From Gammaproteobacteria bacterium (GTDB taxonomy: Bacteria > Pseudomonadota > Gammaproteobacteria > GCA-001735895): DNA of 64,000 nucleotides. Positions 11,544 through 21,843 of this stretch are shown here, one piece after another (position 1 is the first letter of the stretch; each line of letters starts with the position of its first letter). The notes under the pieces are model-generated. The model was not told the origin of the DNA, did no database searches, and saw only the letters and a program-made list of their open reading frames with translations. Made by a program: the position numbers and the translations under genes. The stretch covers positions 4,964 to 68,963 of the forward strand of contig JAJDOF010000108.1 in NCBI GenBank assembly GCA_022340305.1. Reading direction: 5' to 3'.

Positions 11544-12557
11544 ATGCAGGGATCTCAGATCACACAACAGTTAAAGCCGGTTTATTTGCTGGCAAGTGCC
11601 GAGCTGTTATTAACGCGGGACTGGCTTGATGACGCCAGAACTGCGCTACGTGAAGCCGGTTTCGAAGATATTTTGAACCTGCAAAGCGATATCGGATTCG
11701 ACTGGCAATCGTTGTTGCAGGAGGGTGATATGTTGTCACTGTTCTCGAGCTGCAAATGCCGTATCGTGACCTTGCCGAGCGGCAAACCCGGCCAGTTGGG
11801 TAGCAAGGTTATTCAGGAATTGTGTGAAAATCCGGGTGAGGGTAATGTCTATATATTCGTCACCCCGCCACTCGATGGGCAAACTCGCAAAACCAGTTGG
11901 TGCAAGGCGATACAGGCGGCTGGCGCAATCGTCGAAATCAAGCCGGTTTACGATAATCAGCTGGCCGAGTGGTTACGCCAGCGAGCGCAGTACAAGGGTT
12001 TCAGTATCGATAACCAGGCGGCTCAGTTTCTTGCCGTCTGCACCGAGGGTAACCTGTTGGCGGCGGACCAGGAACTGGAAAAGTTGTCGATTCGTTTTGC
12101 GGGCCAGGACAGCATCGATTTTGAAACCATCCAGACTTCGGTCGCGCAGTCGGCACGTTATAGTCATTTTCTGCTGGTTGACGCCTGCCTTGGCGGCCAG
12201 AGCCGTCGTGCCCTGCGTATATTGAAAAGCCTGCAGGCCGAGGGCTATGCCAGTACCCAGCTACGCTGGGCGCTGCAGAATTCGCTGCAACAACTGGATC
12301 GACTCAAGCTGGCAGAATCGGGTGGAACCCTCGGTGATCGCAGCTGGCAGGAACTGCGCATCTGGCAAAGCAAGCAACGGCTTTATCGGCTGGCTTTATC
12401 GCGCCTGAGCGGCGCGCAGATTGAGCGTTTCCTGCAAAGCTGTGCTACATTAGATCGCCTTGGCAAGGGGCAACAGGACAGCGATTTTCCCGACCAGGAA
12501 TGGTTCGAGATCAAATCGCTGGTGATCGAGTTCAGTGGTGCCAATTCAGTGGTGTAA
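11544..12557 (+). CDS. holA: DNA polymerase III delta subunit
   Basis: LKPVYLLAS.E.LL, SLFS and EGNLLAADQELEKL motifs; position between lptE and nadD; alternative start at 11526. Confidence 0.9.
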   Translation: MQGSQITQQLKPVYLLASAELLLTRDWLDDARTALREAGFEDILNLQSDIGFDWQSLLQEGDMLSLFSSCKCRIVTLPSGKPGQLGSKVIQELCENPGEGNVYIFVTPPLDGQTRKTSWCKAIQAAGAIVEIKPVYDNQLAEWLRQRAQYKGFSIDNQAAQFLAVCTEGNLLAADQELEKLSIRFAGQDSIDFETIQTSVAQSARYSHFLLVDACLGGQSRRALRILKSLQAEGYASTQLRWALQNSLQQLDRLKLAESGGTLGDRSWQELRIWQSKQRLYRLALSRLSGAQIERFLQSCATLDRLGKGQQDSDFPDQEWFEIKSLVIEFSGANSVV

Positions 12558-12569
12558 CTGGTAGTTAAT

Positions 12570-13859
12570 ATGAGTGCAGCGTTAAAAGACGGGCTTACGA
12601 CGGATTTGTCACAGTACATGTCCGCACTCGGGATTGCCGCGCGAGCGGCAGCCAGTGAACTTGCCTGCGCCGATCCGCAGCATAAGAACCAGGCATTGCT
12701 TGCGATCGCCGAGGTTCTTGACCAGCGGCGTGAATTTATCCTGGACGAAAATGCCCGGGATCTCGGCGCAGCGACCAAAGACGGCCTCGCGAGCGCAATG
12801 CTTGAACGCCTCGACCTTGGCAAGGATCGTATCGACGCGATGATCGAGGGATTGCAGCAGGTTGCTGCGCTTGCAGACCCGGTCGGAGAAATCAGCGAAT
12901 TACGTTATCGGCCTTCCGGTATCCAGGTCGGTAAAATGCGTGTGCCGCTCGGCGTTATCGGCATCATTTATGAATCGCGTCCGAACGTAACCATCGATGC
13001 CGCGGCCCTGTGCCTGAAGTCGGGCAATGCCAGTATTTTGCGCGGAGGCAAGGAGGCATTGTATTCCAACCAGGCGATATACAGTTGCATCCAGCAGGGG
13101 CTGCAGCAGGCAGGGATGATCGACACCGCGGTGCAGGTGGTCAATACCATCGATCGGGCGGCCGTCGGGCACATGCTGCAAATGCAGGACAGCATCGACA
13201 TTATTATTCCGCGTGGTGGTAAGTCGTTGATTGAGCGAATCAGTGCCGAGTCGCGGATTCCGCTGATCAAGCACCTCGATGGTGTTTGTCACGTTTATAT
13301 CGATGCAGCGGCGGATCAGCAAAAAGCACTCGACATAGCGATCAATGCCAAGACCCGGCGTTACGGTGTCTGTAATGCGATGGAAACCCTGCTACTGTCT
13401 GCTGCTATCGCGGCCGAGCTGTTACCTCGAATTGTCATGGCCATGTCAACCCACGGTGTCGAGCTGAGGGGTTGTGAGCAGAGTTGCCGGATCGACAGCG
13501 AGCACATCAGGCCGGCTGTTGAAGACGACTGGTATACCGAGTATCTCGCCCCGATTCTGTCGGTTCGCATCGTCGATGACCTGCAACAGGCGATCGAGCA
13601 CATCAATCACTACGGTTCAAAGCATACCGATGCCATCGTTACCGAAAATTACAGCCATGCGCGTGAATTTTTGCGCCGTGTCGATTCCAGCTCGGTGATC
13701 GTCAATGCCTCGACCGGATTCGCCGATGGTTTCGAATATGGTCTCGGTGCCGAGATCGGCATCAGCACGGACAAACTGCACGCTCGCGGCCCGGTTGGGC
13801 TGGAAGGACTGACCTCGCAAAAATACGTTGTCTTCGGAGACGGAAACCTGCGCAGTTGA
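12570..13859 (+). CDS. proA: Gamma-glutamyl phosphate reductase
   Basis: [17 protein letters not shown], catalytic CNAMET and [17 protein letters not shown] motifs. Confidence 0.97.
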   Translation: MSAALKDGLTTDLSQYMSALGIAARAAASELACADPQHKNQALLAIAEVLDQRREFILDENARDLGAATKDGLASAMLERLDLGKDRIDAMIEGLQQVAALADPVGEISELRYRPSGIQVGKMRVPLGVIGIIYESRPNVTIDAAALCLKSGNASILRGGKEALYSNQAIYSCIQQGLQQAGMIDTAVQVVNTIDRAAVGHMLQMQDSIDIIIPRGGKSLIERISAESRIPLIKHLDGVCHVYIDAAADQQKALDIAINAKTRRYGVCNAMETLLLSAAIAAELLPRIVMAMSTHGVELRGCEQSCRIDSEHIRPAVEDDWYTEYLAPILSVRIVDDLQQAIEHINHYGSKHTDAIVTENYSHAREFLRRVDSSSVIVNASTGFADGFEYGLGAEIGISTDKLHARGPVGLEGLTSQKYVVFGDGNLRS

Positions 13860-13875
13860 TTAACCCGGTAACAGT

Positions 13876-14496
13876 ATGATAGGAATACTGGGTGGAACTT
13901 TCGATCCGATTCACCTTGGGCACTTGCATATCGCCAGCCAGGTTACGACGCGACTGGGCTTGCAGCAATTGCAGTTCATGCCCTGCGCGCAGCCGGTGCA
14001 TCGTGATCGTCCGCGTGCCAGCGCAGCGCAGCGTTGCTGTATGATAGAACTGGCTATTGAAGATCAGCCTGCATTCGTGTTGAATACCCTCGAGTTGCAA
14101 CGTGGCGGGCCGTCCTACAGCGTCGACAGTTTGCGTGAGATTCGACGACAAAACACGCAGAACCTGGTGCTGATACTCGGCGCTGATGCTTTTAATGGCT
14201 TCGCCGACTGGAAGTCGCCCGGTGAAATCCTCGAACTCGCCCACCTGGTGGTTTGTGGCCGACCCGGCTTTGAAATTGACAAGGCGATATATGGCGATCA
14301 CCGTGTCGAGGCGTCGGGCGAACTCGCCAGCCGCCGTGCGGGTGGCATCCTGGCATTGACAATCGATGCGATCGACTGTTCGTCGAGCAGGGTTCGCGAG
14401 GCACTGGAATTGGGTAATACACCGCGGCAGTACCTGACTGCAAAAGTTGCGGATTACATTGACGAACATCACTTATACCGGAAACCTTGTGACTGA
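13876..14496 (+). CDS. nadD: Nicotinate-nucleotide adenylyltransferase
   Basis: GGTFDPIHLGH, ILGADAF and SSSRVR motifs. Confidence 0.95.
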   Translation: MIGILGGTFDPIHLGHLHIASQVTTRLGLQQLQFMPCAQPVHRDRPRASAAQRCCMIELAIEDQPAFVLNTLELQRGGPSYSVDSLREIRRQNTQNLVLILGADAFNGFADWKSPGEILELAHLVVCGRPGFEIDKAIYGDHRVEASGELASRRAGGILALTIDAIDCSSSRVREALELGNTPRQYLTAKVADYIDEHHLYRKPCD

Positions 14497-14848
14497 TTTA
14501 AAAACCAGCGATTTACAGACAGAAGCAACAAAGAAATTAGCGCTTACCGCGCTGGAAGCACTCAAGGCCGACCAGGTGGAGGTGCTGGATGTGCGTAAGG
14601 TGGCCAGTTTCACCGATTACATGATCTTCGCCAGCGGCAGCTCCAGGCGCCACGTTTGCGCCATCGCGGAATCGGTTGTCGAGGCGGCCGAGGCGGCCGG
14701 GCAAGCGCCGGTTGGTGTTGAAGGCGAAGATATCGGTGAGTGGGTACTGGTTGATCTCGGTGATGTCGTGGTGCACGTCATGTTGCCCGATGTGCGCCGC
14801 TACTATGAGCTGGAAAAGCTCTGGGGCGAAGAACTGGCTGCCTCCTGA
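14489..14848 (+). CDS. rsfS: Ribosome silencing factor RsfS
   Basis: TDYMIFASGSSRRHV, WVLVDLGDVVVHVM and YELEKLW motifs; GTG at 14489. Confidence 0.93.
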   Translation: MTDLKTSDLQTEATKKLALTALEALKADQVEVLDVRKVASFTDYMIFASGSSRRHVCAIAESVVEAAEAAGQAPVGVEGEDIGEWVLVDLGDVVVHVMLPDVRRYYELEKLWGEELAAS

Positions 14849-14861
14849 GATATCTCCTTGC

Positions 14862-15332
14862 ATGCAGATACAGTTGATCAACGTTGCGCAGAAGATGCCG
14901 GCCTGGGTCGACGCCGGTTGTGCGGATTACCTCAAGCGGATGCCCCGCGAGCTGGGCCTGACACTGATTACGGTGCCGTTGGCGGCCTCCGGTTCACGTC
15001 AATCGGCCACTCAGCGCCGCGCGCGTGAAGCCGACTCAATTGCTGCAAAATTACGCCCGGGAAGCCTTAATATCGCCCTTGATGACAAGGGCGAAGACTG
15101 GAGCAGTAGCGACTGGTCGACGCAGTTGCAACGCTGGATGGCGGAATTTACCCATGTGAACCTGATTATCGGTGGACCGGACGGTCTTTCATCACAATGT
15201 CTGCAAGCCTGCCAGCGGCGCGTGTCGATGGGCCGTATGACAATGCCGCACGCCCTGGTAAGGCTGGTTTTGCTGGAACAGTTATACCGTGCCTGGACAA
15301 TTTACCAGGGTCATCCCTACCATCGCGAATAG
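14862..15332 (+). CDS. rlmH: 23S rRNA pseudouridine-1915 N3-methyltransferase
   Basis: IIGGPDGL, MTMPHALVRLVLLEQLYRA and GHPYHRE motifs. Confidence 0.95.
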   Translation: MQIQLINVAQKMPAWVDAGCADYLKRMPRELGLTLITVPLAASGSRQSATQRRAREADSIAAKLRPGSLNIALDDKGEDWSSSDWSTQLQRWMAEFTHVNLIIGGPDGLSSQCLQACQRRVSMGRMTMPHALVRLVLLEQLYRAWTIYQGHPYHRE

Positions 15333-15334
15333 GT

Positions 15335-15590
15335 GGCTTGCGAATTTCGAACTGGCAGCCGGTCGGACCTGGTGAATCGCAGTGAGGTGCGTGGGAAAGC
15401 GAGTCCATTTTTTTTGCGGCGCAGGGCCTGCCCCATGAGCGTAGCGAATGCTTTGGGCATAGTGGAAACGGCGCAACGACAAATCTGCCAGGAGCAGAAT
15501 TGGGCCGCGCAACGACCCCGCGGGGGGGTGTGCGCCAGGGAGGGAGCGCATCAAAAAGATCGGGAAACAGGCTGATTTGCGCCGTCGCAG
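15335..15590. repeat. Hairpin-rich intergenic element (MITE/REP-like); boundaries approximate
   Basis: Hairpins TCTGC-CAGGA-GCAGA (15484-15498) and TGCGC-CAGGGAGGGA-GCGCA (15531-15550) plus a CCCCGCGGGG palindrome; no credible ORF. Confidence 0.45.
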
Positions 15591-15630
15591 TAGATTATCC
15601 CTAAGTCCGACAGGCTGCTATCATGCCGCG

Positions 15631-16206
15631 ATGATTTATCTAGCCTCCCGATCGCCGCGCCGCGCTGAATTACTACGTCAGATCGGTGTCGAATACGTAG
15701 TGTATGCCAGCGACATCGATGAGCGCCAGTTGACTGCGGAATCACCGGAAGACTACGTATCCCGGCTGGCTCAGACCAAGGCCCGGGTGGCCGCCGCCGA
15801 AATTGCACAAAAGCATGCATCCTGGGTGGTACTGGCAGCGGATACTACCATCGCTATCGATGGTGAGATTATCGGTAAGCCGGCCGACTCCAGTCAGTGC
15901 CGGTGTTTTCTGCGTCGGTTGTCTGCCAGGGAGCACCTGGTGTTGACGGCGGTCGCCGTGGCAACAAGCGCAGGCCTTGATTTTCGCCTGACCCGCAATC
16001 GAGTCAAGTTCCGCGAACTGAGCGAAGTCGAGATGGCAAGCTATTGTGAGAGCCCGGAACCCATGGACAAGGCTGGAGCATACGCTATACAGGGTAAGGC
16101 AGCGGTGTTCGTGGAGCGACTGGAAGGCAGCTACTCGGCGGTAATGGGATTACCGCTGTGCGAGACGGCCGAGTTGTTGCGTGCGGCCAATATCGAGATT
16201 TTTTGA
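15631..16206 (+). CDS. maf: Maf/YhdE-family nucleoside triphosphate pyrophosphatase
   Basis: IYLASRSPRRAELL, AADT, DKAGAYAIQG and GSYSAVMGLP motifs. Confidence 0.95.
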   Translation: MIYLASRSPRRAELLRQIGVEYVVYASDIDERQLTAESPEDYVSRLAQTKARVAAAEIAQKHASWVVLAADTTIAIDGEIIGKPADSSQCRCFLRRLSAREHLVLTAVAVATSAGLDFRLTRNRVKFRELSEVEMASYCESPEPMDKAGAYAIQGKAAVFVERLEGSYSAVMGLPLCETAELLRAANIEIF

Positions 16207-16208
16207 AT

Positions 16209-17687
16209 ATGACAATAAATGAAGAAATACTGATCAACATTACCCCCCAGGAAACCCGGGTGGCGATCGTGGAAAATGGCGCTTTGCAGGAAGTCAGTAT
16301 CGAGCGCCAGGCCAGTCGCGGTATTGTCGGCAATATCTATAAGGGTAAGGTCAACCGGGTACTGCCTGGAATGGAGGCCGCTTTTGTCGACATCGGCCTC
16401 GACAAGGCCGGTTTCCTGCATGTATCGGATATCGATACCGTCGCTACCCACAGCAGTGGTGAAGAGAACGCCACGCGGCCGGTGATCAATGAATTGCTGC
16501 ACGAAGGACAAACCCTGCTGGTGCAGGTGGTAAAGGACCCCATGGGTACCAAGGGTGCACGACTCACCACCAGTATTTCGGTACCATCGCGTTACCTGGT
16601 GTATATGCCGAATTCAACCAGTGTTGGCATTTCGGTCAAGATCGAGGACGAGACTGAGCGCGAGCGTCTGAAGACACTGCTGGAGGCCTGCCGTGCCGAA
16701 AACCAGATTGGTGGCTGTATAATTCGTACCGCCGCGGAAGGGGTCGATGAGAGGGAATTGCAGCGTGATATCTCGTTTTTATCCAAGGTTTGGGGCGCAT
16801 TGCTGAAGTCTGTCGACACCATTCCGCCGGGAACCATTGTTCACGAGGACCTCCCATTATCGATTCGAACGCTGCGCGACATGGTTGGCGTCGATACGAA
16901 TGTGGTCAAGGTTGATTCGCGCGAAACATTCCAGAAGATGAGCGATTTTGCCAGGCGCTACATTCCTGACCTGCCGTGCCGAATTGAGCACTATCCCGGT
17001 GAACGGCCACTGTTTGACCTGTACAACATCGATGATGAATTACAGCGTGCGCTGGCACGCCAGGTTGGGCTGAAGTCGGGTGGATACCTGATCATCGATC
17101 AAACCGAGGCAATGACAACCATCGACATCAATACCGGGGCGTATGTTGGCCATCAGAATCTGGAAGAAACCATTTTCAAAACCAACATGGAAGCCTCGCA
17201 GGCAATCGCGCGGCAACTCAGGTTGCGTAACCTGGGCGGCATCATCATTATCGACTTCATCGATATGGAGCGCGAAGACCACAAACGCCAGGTGTTGAAT
17301 TCGCTGCAGAAATATCTCGACAAGGATCACGCCAAAACTCAGGTCTGTGAAGTATCGCCGCTAGGGCTGGTGGAAATGACGCGTAAGCGTACGCGGGAGA
17401 GTCTCGAGCACGTGTTATGTGAAACCTGCAAGACTTGCCATGGTCGAGGATCGCTAAAGACAACGCAAACAGTGTGCTACGAAATATTTCGCGAAATTCT
17501 GCGCGAGGCGCGATTCTACGAGGAAGCCCAGCAGTTGCTGGTGATGGCGAATCAGGATGTGGTCGATCGTCTGCTGGACGAAGAAGCTGCCAATCTCGCG
17601 GAACTGGAAACCTTTATCAAAATTCCAGTCAAATTGCAGGTGGAGGCGCATCTATCGCAGGAGTCTTATGATGTGGTGCCTGTTTAG
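16209..17687 (+). CDS. rng: Ribonuclease G
   Basis: S1 domain GNIYKGKVNRVLPGMEAAFVDIG, IDINTG and GGIIIIDFIDM; ~490 aa; follows maf. Confidence 0.96.
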   Translation: MTINEEILINITPQETRVAIVENGALQEVSIERQASRGIVGNIYKGKVNRVLPGMEAAFVDIGLDKAGFLHVSDIDTVATHSSGEENATRPVINELLHEGQTLLVQVVKDPMGTKGARLTTSISVPSRYLVYMPNSTSVGISVKIEDETERERLKTLLEACRAENQIGGCIIRTAAEGVDERELQRDISFLSKVWGALLKSVDTIPPGTIVHEDLPLSIRTLRDMVGVDTNVVKVDSRETFQKMSDFARRYIPDLPCRIEHYPGERPLFDLYNIDDELQRALARQVGLKSGGYLIIDQTEAMTTIDINTGAYVGHQNLEETIFKTNMEASQAIARQLRLRNLGGIIIIDFIDMEREDHKRQVLNSLQKYLDKDHAKTQVCEVSPLGLVEMTRKRTRESLEHVLCETCKTCHGRGSLKTTQTVCYEIFREILREARFYEEAQQLLVMANQDVVDRLLDEEAANLAELETFIKIPVKLQVEAHLSQESYDVVPV

Positions 17688-17705
17688 CCGTCGCCGGCCA
17701 GCAAA

Positions 17706-20700
17706 ATGGAAGGGTTGAAAAGACTGGGTCTGGCTGTGTTCGTCAGTGCCGTCATCCTGCTGGCCCTGATCATGGGTGGGATGCGCCTGGTGATCAGCAA
17801 TATCGATTTTTTCAAACCCGAAATTGGCTATTTGCTGGAACGCGATGTCAGCAAGGGAATCGTGTTCAATCGTGTCAGCGGATCGATGAATCGCTTCAAT
17901 CCGGTGCTGCTCATCGAAAATGTTTCGCTAAACCTGCCCGACCGCTCGCAGCCGTTGTTCATCGACCGTCTCGAGGTTGAGTTCGATTTTTGGAGTAGCC
18001 TGCGAAACCGTGCTCCCGTGGTACTGGAGGTCAGCGGTAAGCTCGAGAAACTGGAACTGATTCGGGATGTATCTGGATTGTGGTGGCTAAACGAGTATCA
18101 AATCGGTAGCGGTGAGGCTGTTATGCCCGGATTCTCGCAGTTCCTCGAATTGCTGCCGCGCTATTTGCAGCTCGACCTGCGGCGACTGATTATCCGTGAT
18201 GAGACGCATCAGGAAACACATCAACTGTCTGGCCTGAGTGCTCGTATCAATCATCGCAAGGGCAAGTTTTTCACTCAGCTGAGTGTGGGCTTGCCGGCCG
18301 AGTTCGGACGCAGCCTGTTGCTCAAATCGGTAATAGACCCGACCTCCAGTTTGATCTACCTGAATTCATCTGATCTGCAATTATCCCCGGTGGCACGTCT
18401 TTTCGGCATCGATACGCGGGGTCTGAAAAGTGGCGGACTCGACGGCGAAGTGTGGCTCGACATGTCGGAGTATCGAATAACCGCGGTAAAAGGTGATCTC
18501 CTGCTAAGGCAAGGTATCCTGCAGGTCACTGCCGATAAGTCGCCACTGTCGATCGACTACCACGCAAAATTCAACTCCGCGGCGGGTAAACGGCATTGGC
18601 GCGTCAGCAGCAAGATCGATGGCCTGGTAATCGACGGCGACAAGGTGCCGGGGTTTGCTGCGCAGGTGGACATTCCCGTCGCAGCGGGTACCGATAAACT
18701 GTCTGCCTGGATTGACCGATTGCCGATCTCGAGCTTGCCGGTGGTCGCGGGTCAATGGTTACCCAATACGCTCGACAAGCAGATTTCTGATGGCCGGTTG
18801 CAGGGACTGATGCGCAATGTACTGTTCGAGATCAACTTCGATCAGGCCGAAACATTCAGGCTGGCCGCAAGCATTGAGGGCCTCAGTAGCCAGCGCTCCG
18901 CACATGTCCCGGGTGTGACCAATCTGAATGCAGACCTGGTGATGGGCAACAACCGACTTGCAGCGACATTATATGGCGAAGGTGTCAGTCTCGATTTCGG
19001 CGATCAGTTCCGTGGGCCGTTAGAAGCTGATTCGATCAGCATGCAGGCAACACTGGATCGTCAGCCATCGGGCAATTTGTTGCTGGCAGTCGATGACATT
19101 CGGTTGCGCAACCCGGATCTCAGTGCTATCGGTCGCCTGCGCCTGGAGACGGATGGGGATAACGCTCCGTTCATGTACCTGCGTGCCAGCTTTAGTGACG
19201 CAATCGCGAGCAGAACCGGGAAGTATCTTCCCGTCAAGCTGATGTCCGCCAAGATTACCGAATGGCTGGATCGAGGCATAATCGGTGGTTTCGTGCCTGC
19301 CGGAGACTTGCAGTTTCATGGTCGCCTGCGAGACATTCGCAAGCTGGCACGTGAGCGCGCGGTTGAGTTTTTCGTGGATTTCGGCGTTCGCAATGCCGAG
19401 ATATTTTTTGCGCCGGGCTGGTTGCATGCGAAAAATGGGACGGGTCGAATACTGTTCCATAATGTCGGCGTCGAGTTCGATCTCGAGCAGGCCAGCTTCG
19501 ACAATATCCATGGATTGAAGGTCCAGGGCGGGATAGCCAATTTCCAGCAGGCCTCGCTGGATCTGGCCATTCAGGCTGACGCAGCAACCGGGGACGCGGT
19601 GCGGGTGTGGCGCGATACGCCGGTGGGTGCACGCTTTCGAGACGTACTGGACAGGTTGCAGGATTTCAACGGTGAGGTTAGTTGTGCCATCGACATTCGC
19701 CTACCCCTGGGCTCTGGCCAGGACGAACGCAAGGTGAGTGTCGAAGTCGATTTGCAGAACTCCGCTGCGCGCGTACCCGGCTGGGGCCTCGACCTGTCGC
19801 AGATCACGGGTCGGATCAAGGTCACCGATGCCAGCGTTGCCGCGAGTAATATCTCGGCGCGTTTTTTCGGTGATCCGGTCACGATCGACATCGATAGCGA
19901 TGGTCCCGGAGTGAATACACGGGTGGCGGTGCAAGGAAACCTGGCCTCGGCAAACCTGTTGCGGCGTATGCCGCCATACCTGGCCGAGGCAGTATCGGGT
20001 AACAGTGACTGGCAATTGCATCTGGACATTGCCGGAGACGCAGCGCCGCCGGGATCTCCCTATTTACAAATCAAGGCCGCCAGTGACTTAAAGGATACCA
20101 GTGTCGCGATGCCGCTACCCTTTAACATCAACGCTGCAGAGGCGATCAGTATCAGCACCGAGGTGAATTTTTATCCACAACAGATACGATTCAGCAGCAA
20201 ACTGGGAGCCAACATCCTGGGTCGTGGCTCCCTGGCGAGTATCGATGATGGTGAATTCCGTCTTGAGGCGTTAGAAATCGCATTTTTCAGCGAGCTGGCG
20301 GCAGCGCAGACTGCAGGCATCAATCTCCATGGCCAACTTGCCGAGCTAAATATTGACGACTGGCTGGCATTTCTTTCCGGCGGTGGCGCAGACGATCCAG
20401 CATTGCTGCGATCGGTCCGTCTCAGCGTGGATCGGGCGCTAGCCTTCGGTCAAAAAATGGAGTTTCTGGTGTTCGAGTTACAGCAAGTCGAGCAGCGCTT
20501 TACTGGTGTGGTCGATGCATCGATTGTTCAGGGCCGTTTCGACTTCCCGCTTGAAATATCCGCGCAGGATCCGCTGAAAATTGATCTCGATTTCCTGGAT
20601 ATTAAAAAACTGGATCAGGAATCCGAGCAGACGTTCAAGCCTTCCAGTCTTCCCGCTGTGCGTCTCGCCAGTAAGTCGGTTCGCTACGCTGATATGTTAT

Positions 20701-21494
20701 CCAGCGATTTGCTGTTCGAAGCTAGCCCGACCGGGGAGATCCTCAAGGTCACCGGGTTCAGTCTGCGTCACGACGCGCTGCAACTGAAAGGTAGTGGTCA
20801 GTGGCAATACGACCCGCTCACGCACAGGCACCTGTCCAGCGCCAAGGTCAATCTCAAGGGCTCCCAACTCGGAGAGTCGATGGCCAAACTCGGCTTCGGC
20901 AACAGTATGTCGGGCGGCAAGATGGAATTTAATGGAGACTTCAGCTGGCCTGCACCGTTCTTCGACTTCAATCTGGATACGCTGGCAGGTGAGGCGCGCA
21001 TGAAAATTACCGACGGTGTGATGAATAATGTGGAGCCGGGTAGTGGCCGATTTGTTGGTTTGCTGAGTTTGACCGCGTTGCCGCGGCGCCTGGGGCTGGA
21101 TTTTTCTGATGTCCTCATCGGCGGCATGGCCTTCGATGAAATTACCGGTAGCTATCGTATTGGCGCTGGCATCCTGTATACCAAAGACACGCGCGTGGAT
21201 GGTCCTGCGGCCAGGATCAAGATTAGCGGAAAAACCGGTATAATAACCCGCGACTATGACCAGGTTATTCGTATCGTACCCAAAATCAGGCAGACCTTGC
21301 CATTGATCGGTGCGGTTGCCGCCAGCACTACGGTGGGCTGGGGGTTATTGTTGTTACAAAACCTTTTTAAAACAGCTATCGACGACGCCGTCGAGGTAGA
21401 ATATCACGTTACCGGCAGTTGGGATGATCCCGAAATAGAATTGATAAAGGCAGTCGATGAAAAGCAGCGAGCATTACCGAAGATTGACAAATAG
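17706..21494 (+). CDS. yhdP: AsmA-like lipid transport protein YhdP
   Basis: 1262 aa with N-terminal TM helix; LPRRLGLDFSDV and YHVTGSWDDP motifs; rng-yhdP-tldD context. Confidence 0.88.
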   Translation: MEGLKRLGLAVFVSAVILLALIMGGMRLVISNIDFFKPEIGYLLERDVSKGIVFNRVSGSMNRFNPVLLIENVSLNLPDRSQPLFIDRLEVEFDFWSSLRNRAPVVLEVSGKLEKLELIRDVSGLWWLNEYQIGSGEAVMPGFSQFLELLPRYLQLDLRRLIIRDETHQETHQLSGLSARINHRKGKFFTQLSVGLPAEFGRSLLLKSVIDPTSSLIYLNSSDLQLSPVARLFGIDTRGLKSGGLDGEVWLDMSEYRITAVKGDLLLRQGILQVTADKSPLSIDYHAKFNSAAGKRHWRVSSKIDGLVIDGDKVPGFAAQVDIPVAAGTDKLSAWIDRLPISSLPVVAGQWLPNTLDKQISDGRLQGLMRNVLFEINFDQAETFRLAASIEGLSSQRSAHVPGVTNLNADLVMGNNRLAATLYGEGVSLDFGDQFRGPLEADSISMQATLDRQPSGNLLLAVDDIRLRNPDLSAIGRLRLETDGDNAPFMYLRASFSDAIASRTGKYLPVKLMSAKITEWLDRGIIGGFVPAGDLQFHGRLRDIRKLARERAVEFFVDFGVRNAEIFFAPGWLHAKNGTGRILFHNVGVEFDLEQASFDNIHGLKVQGGIANFQQASLDLAIQADAATGDAVRVWRDTPVGARFRDVLDRLQDFNGEVSCAIDIRLPLGSGQDERKVSVEVDLQNSAARVPGWGLDLSQITGRIKVTDASVAASNISARFFGDPVTIDIDSDGPGVNTRVAVQGNLASANLLRRMPPYLAEAVSGNSDWQLHLDIAGDAAPPGSPYLQIKAASDLKDTSVAMPLPFNINAAEAISISTEVNFYPQQIRFSSKLGANILGRGSLASIDDGEFRLEALEIAFFSELAAAQTAGINLHGQLAELNIDDWLAFLSGGGADDPALLRSVRLSVDRALAFGQKMEFLVFELQQVEQRFTGVVDASIVQGRFDFPLEISAQDPLKIDLDFLDIKKLDQESEQTFKPSSLPAVRLASKSVRYADMLSSDLLFEASPTGEILKVTGFSLRHDALQLKGSGQWQYDPLTHRHLSSAKVNLKGSQLGESMAKLGFGNSMSGGKMEFNGDFSWPAPFFDFNLDTLAGEARMKITDGVMNNVEPGSGRFVGLLSLTALPRRLGLDFSDVLIGGMAFDEITGSYRIGAGILYTKDTRVDGPAARIKISGKTGIITRDYDQVIRIVPKIRQTLPLIGAVAASTTVGWGLLLLQNLFKTAIDDAVEVEYHVTGSWDDPEIELIKAVDEKQRALPKIDK

Positions 21495-21837
21495 CCTCTG
21501 CGCTTTTTGCCTGGTGTTTTTTACCCTGGCGGCGCAGGCGAACACCTCGCGTATCTTTGTCCTCAGTGCCGATGAGTGGGCAAGGCCGCGCAGTGGGGCT
21601 GTGATTGCAGAATTCCAGGCGGTACGTGCGGCGGTCAGGTACTGGGACAAGGTCGATAATGCGGTCATCATCGTGCACTATCCTGGCGAAGACAGCGGCG
21701 AACTATGGGCAGCCGAACTGCGTGACTGGTTGATATCCCTGGGTGTGCCCTCAGATTACATTCGTCTGGTCGCGGGTACGCAGGCTGCCGACGAAATCAG
21801 GTTGCTGGTTGGCGACCGCAACGAACTGGAGCAATAG
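21484..21837 (+). CDS. Hypothetical exported protein
   Basis: Signal-peptide-like segment (LCAFCLVFFTLAAQA); fills the yhdP-tldD gap; start uncertain (21457 or 21484). Confidence 0.65.
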   Translation: MTNSLCAFCLVFFTLAAQANTSRIFVLSADEWARPRSGAVIAEFQAVRAAVRYWDKVDNAVIIVHYPGEDSGELWAAELRDWLISLGVPSDYIRLVAGTQAADEIRLLVGDRNELEQ

Positions 21838-21843
21838 CAAAAC

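Noticed and set aside
15333-15575. 80-aa ORF between rlmH and maf
   Set aside because: No RBS or motifs; the sequence is dominated by hairpins and homopolymer tracts.
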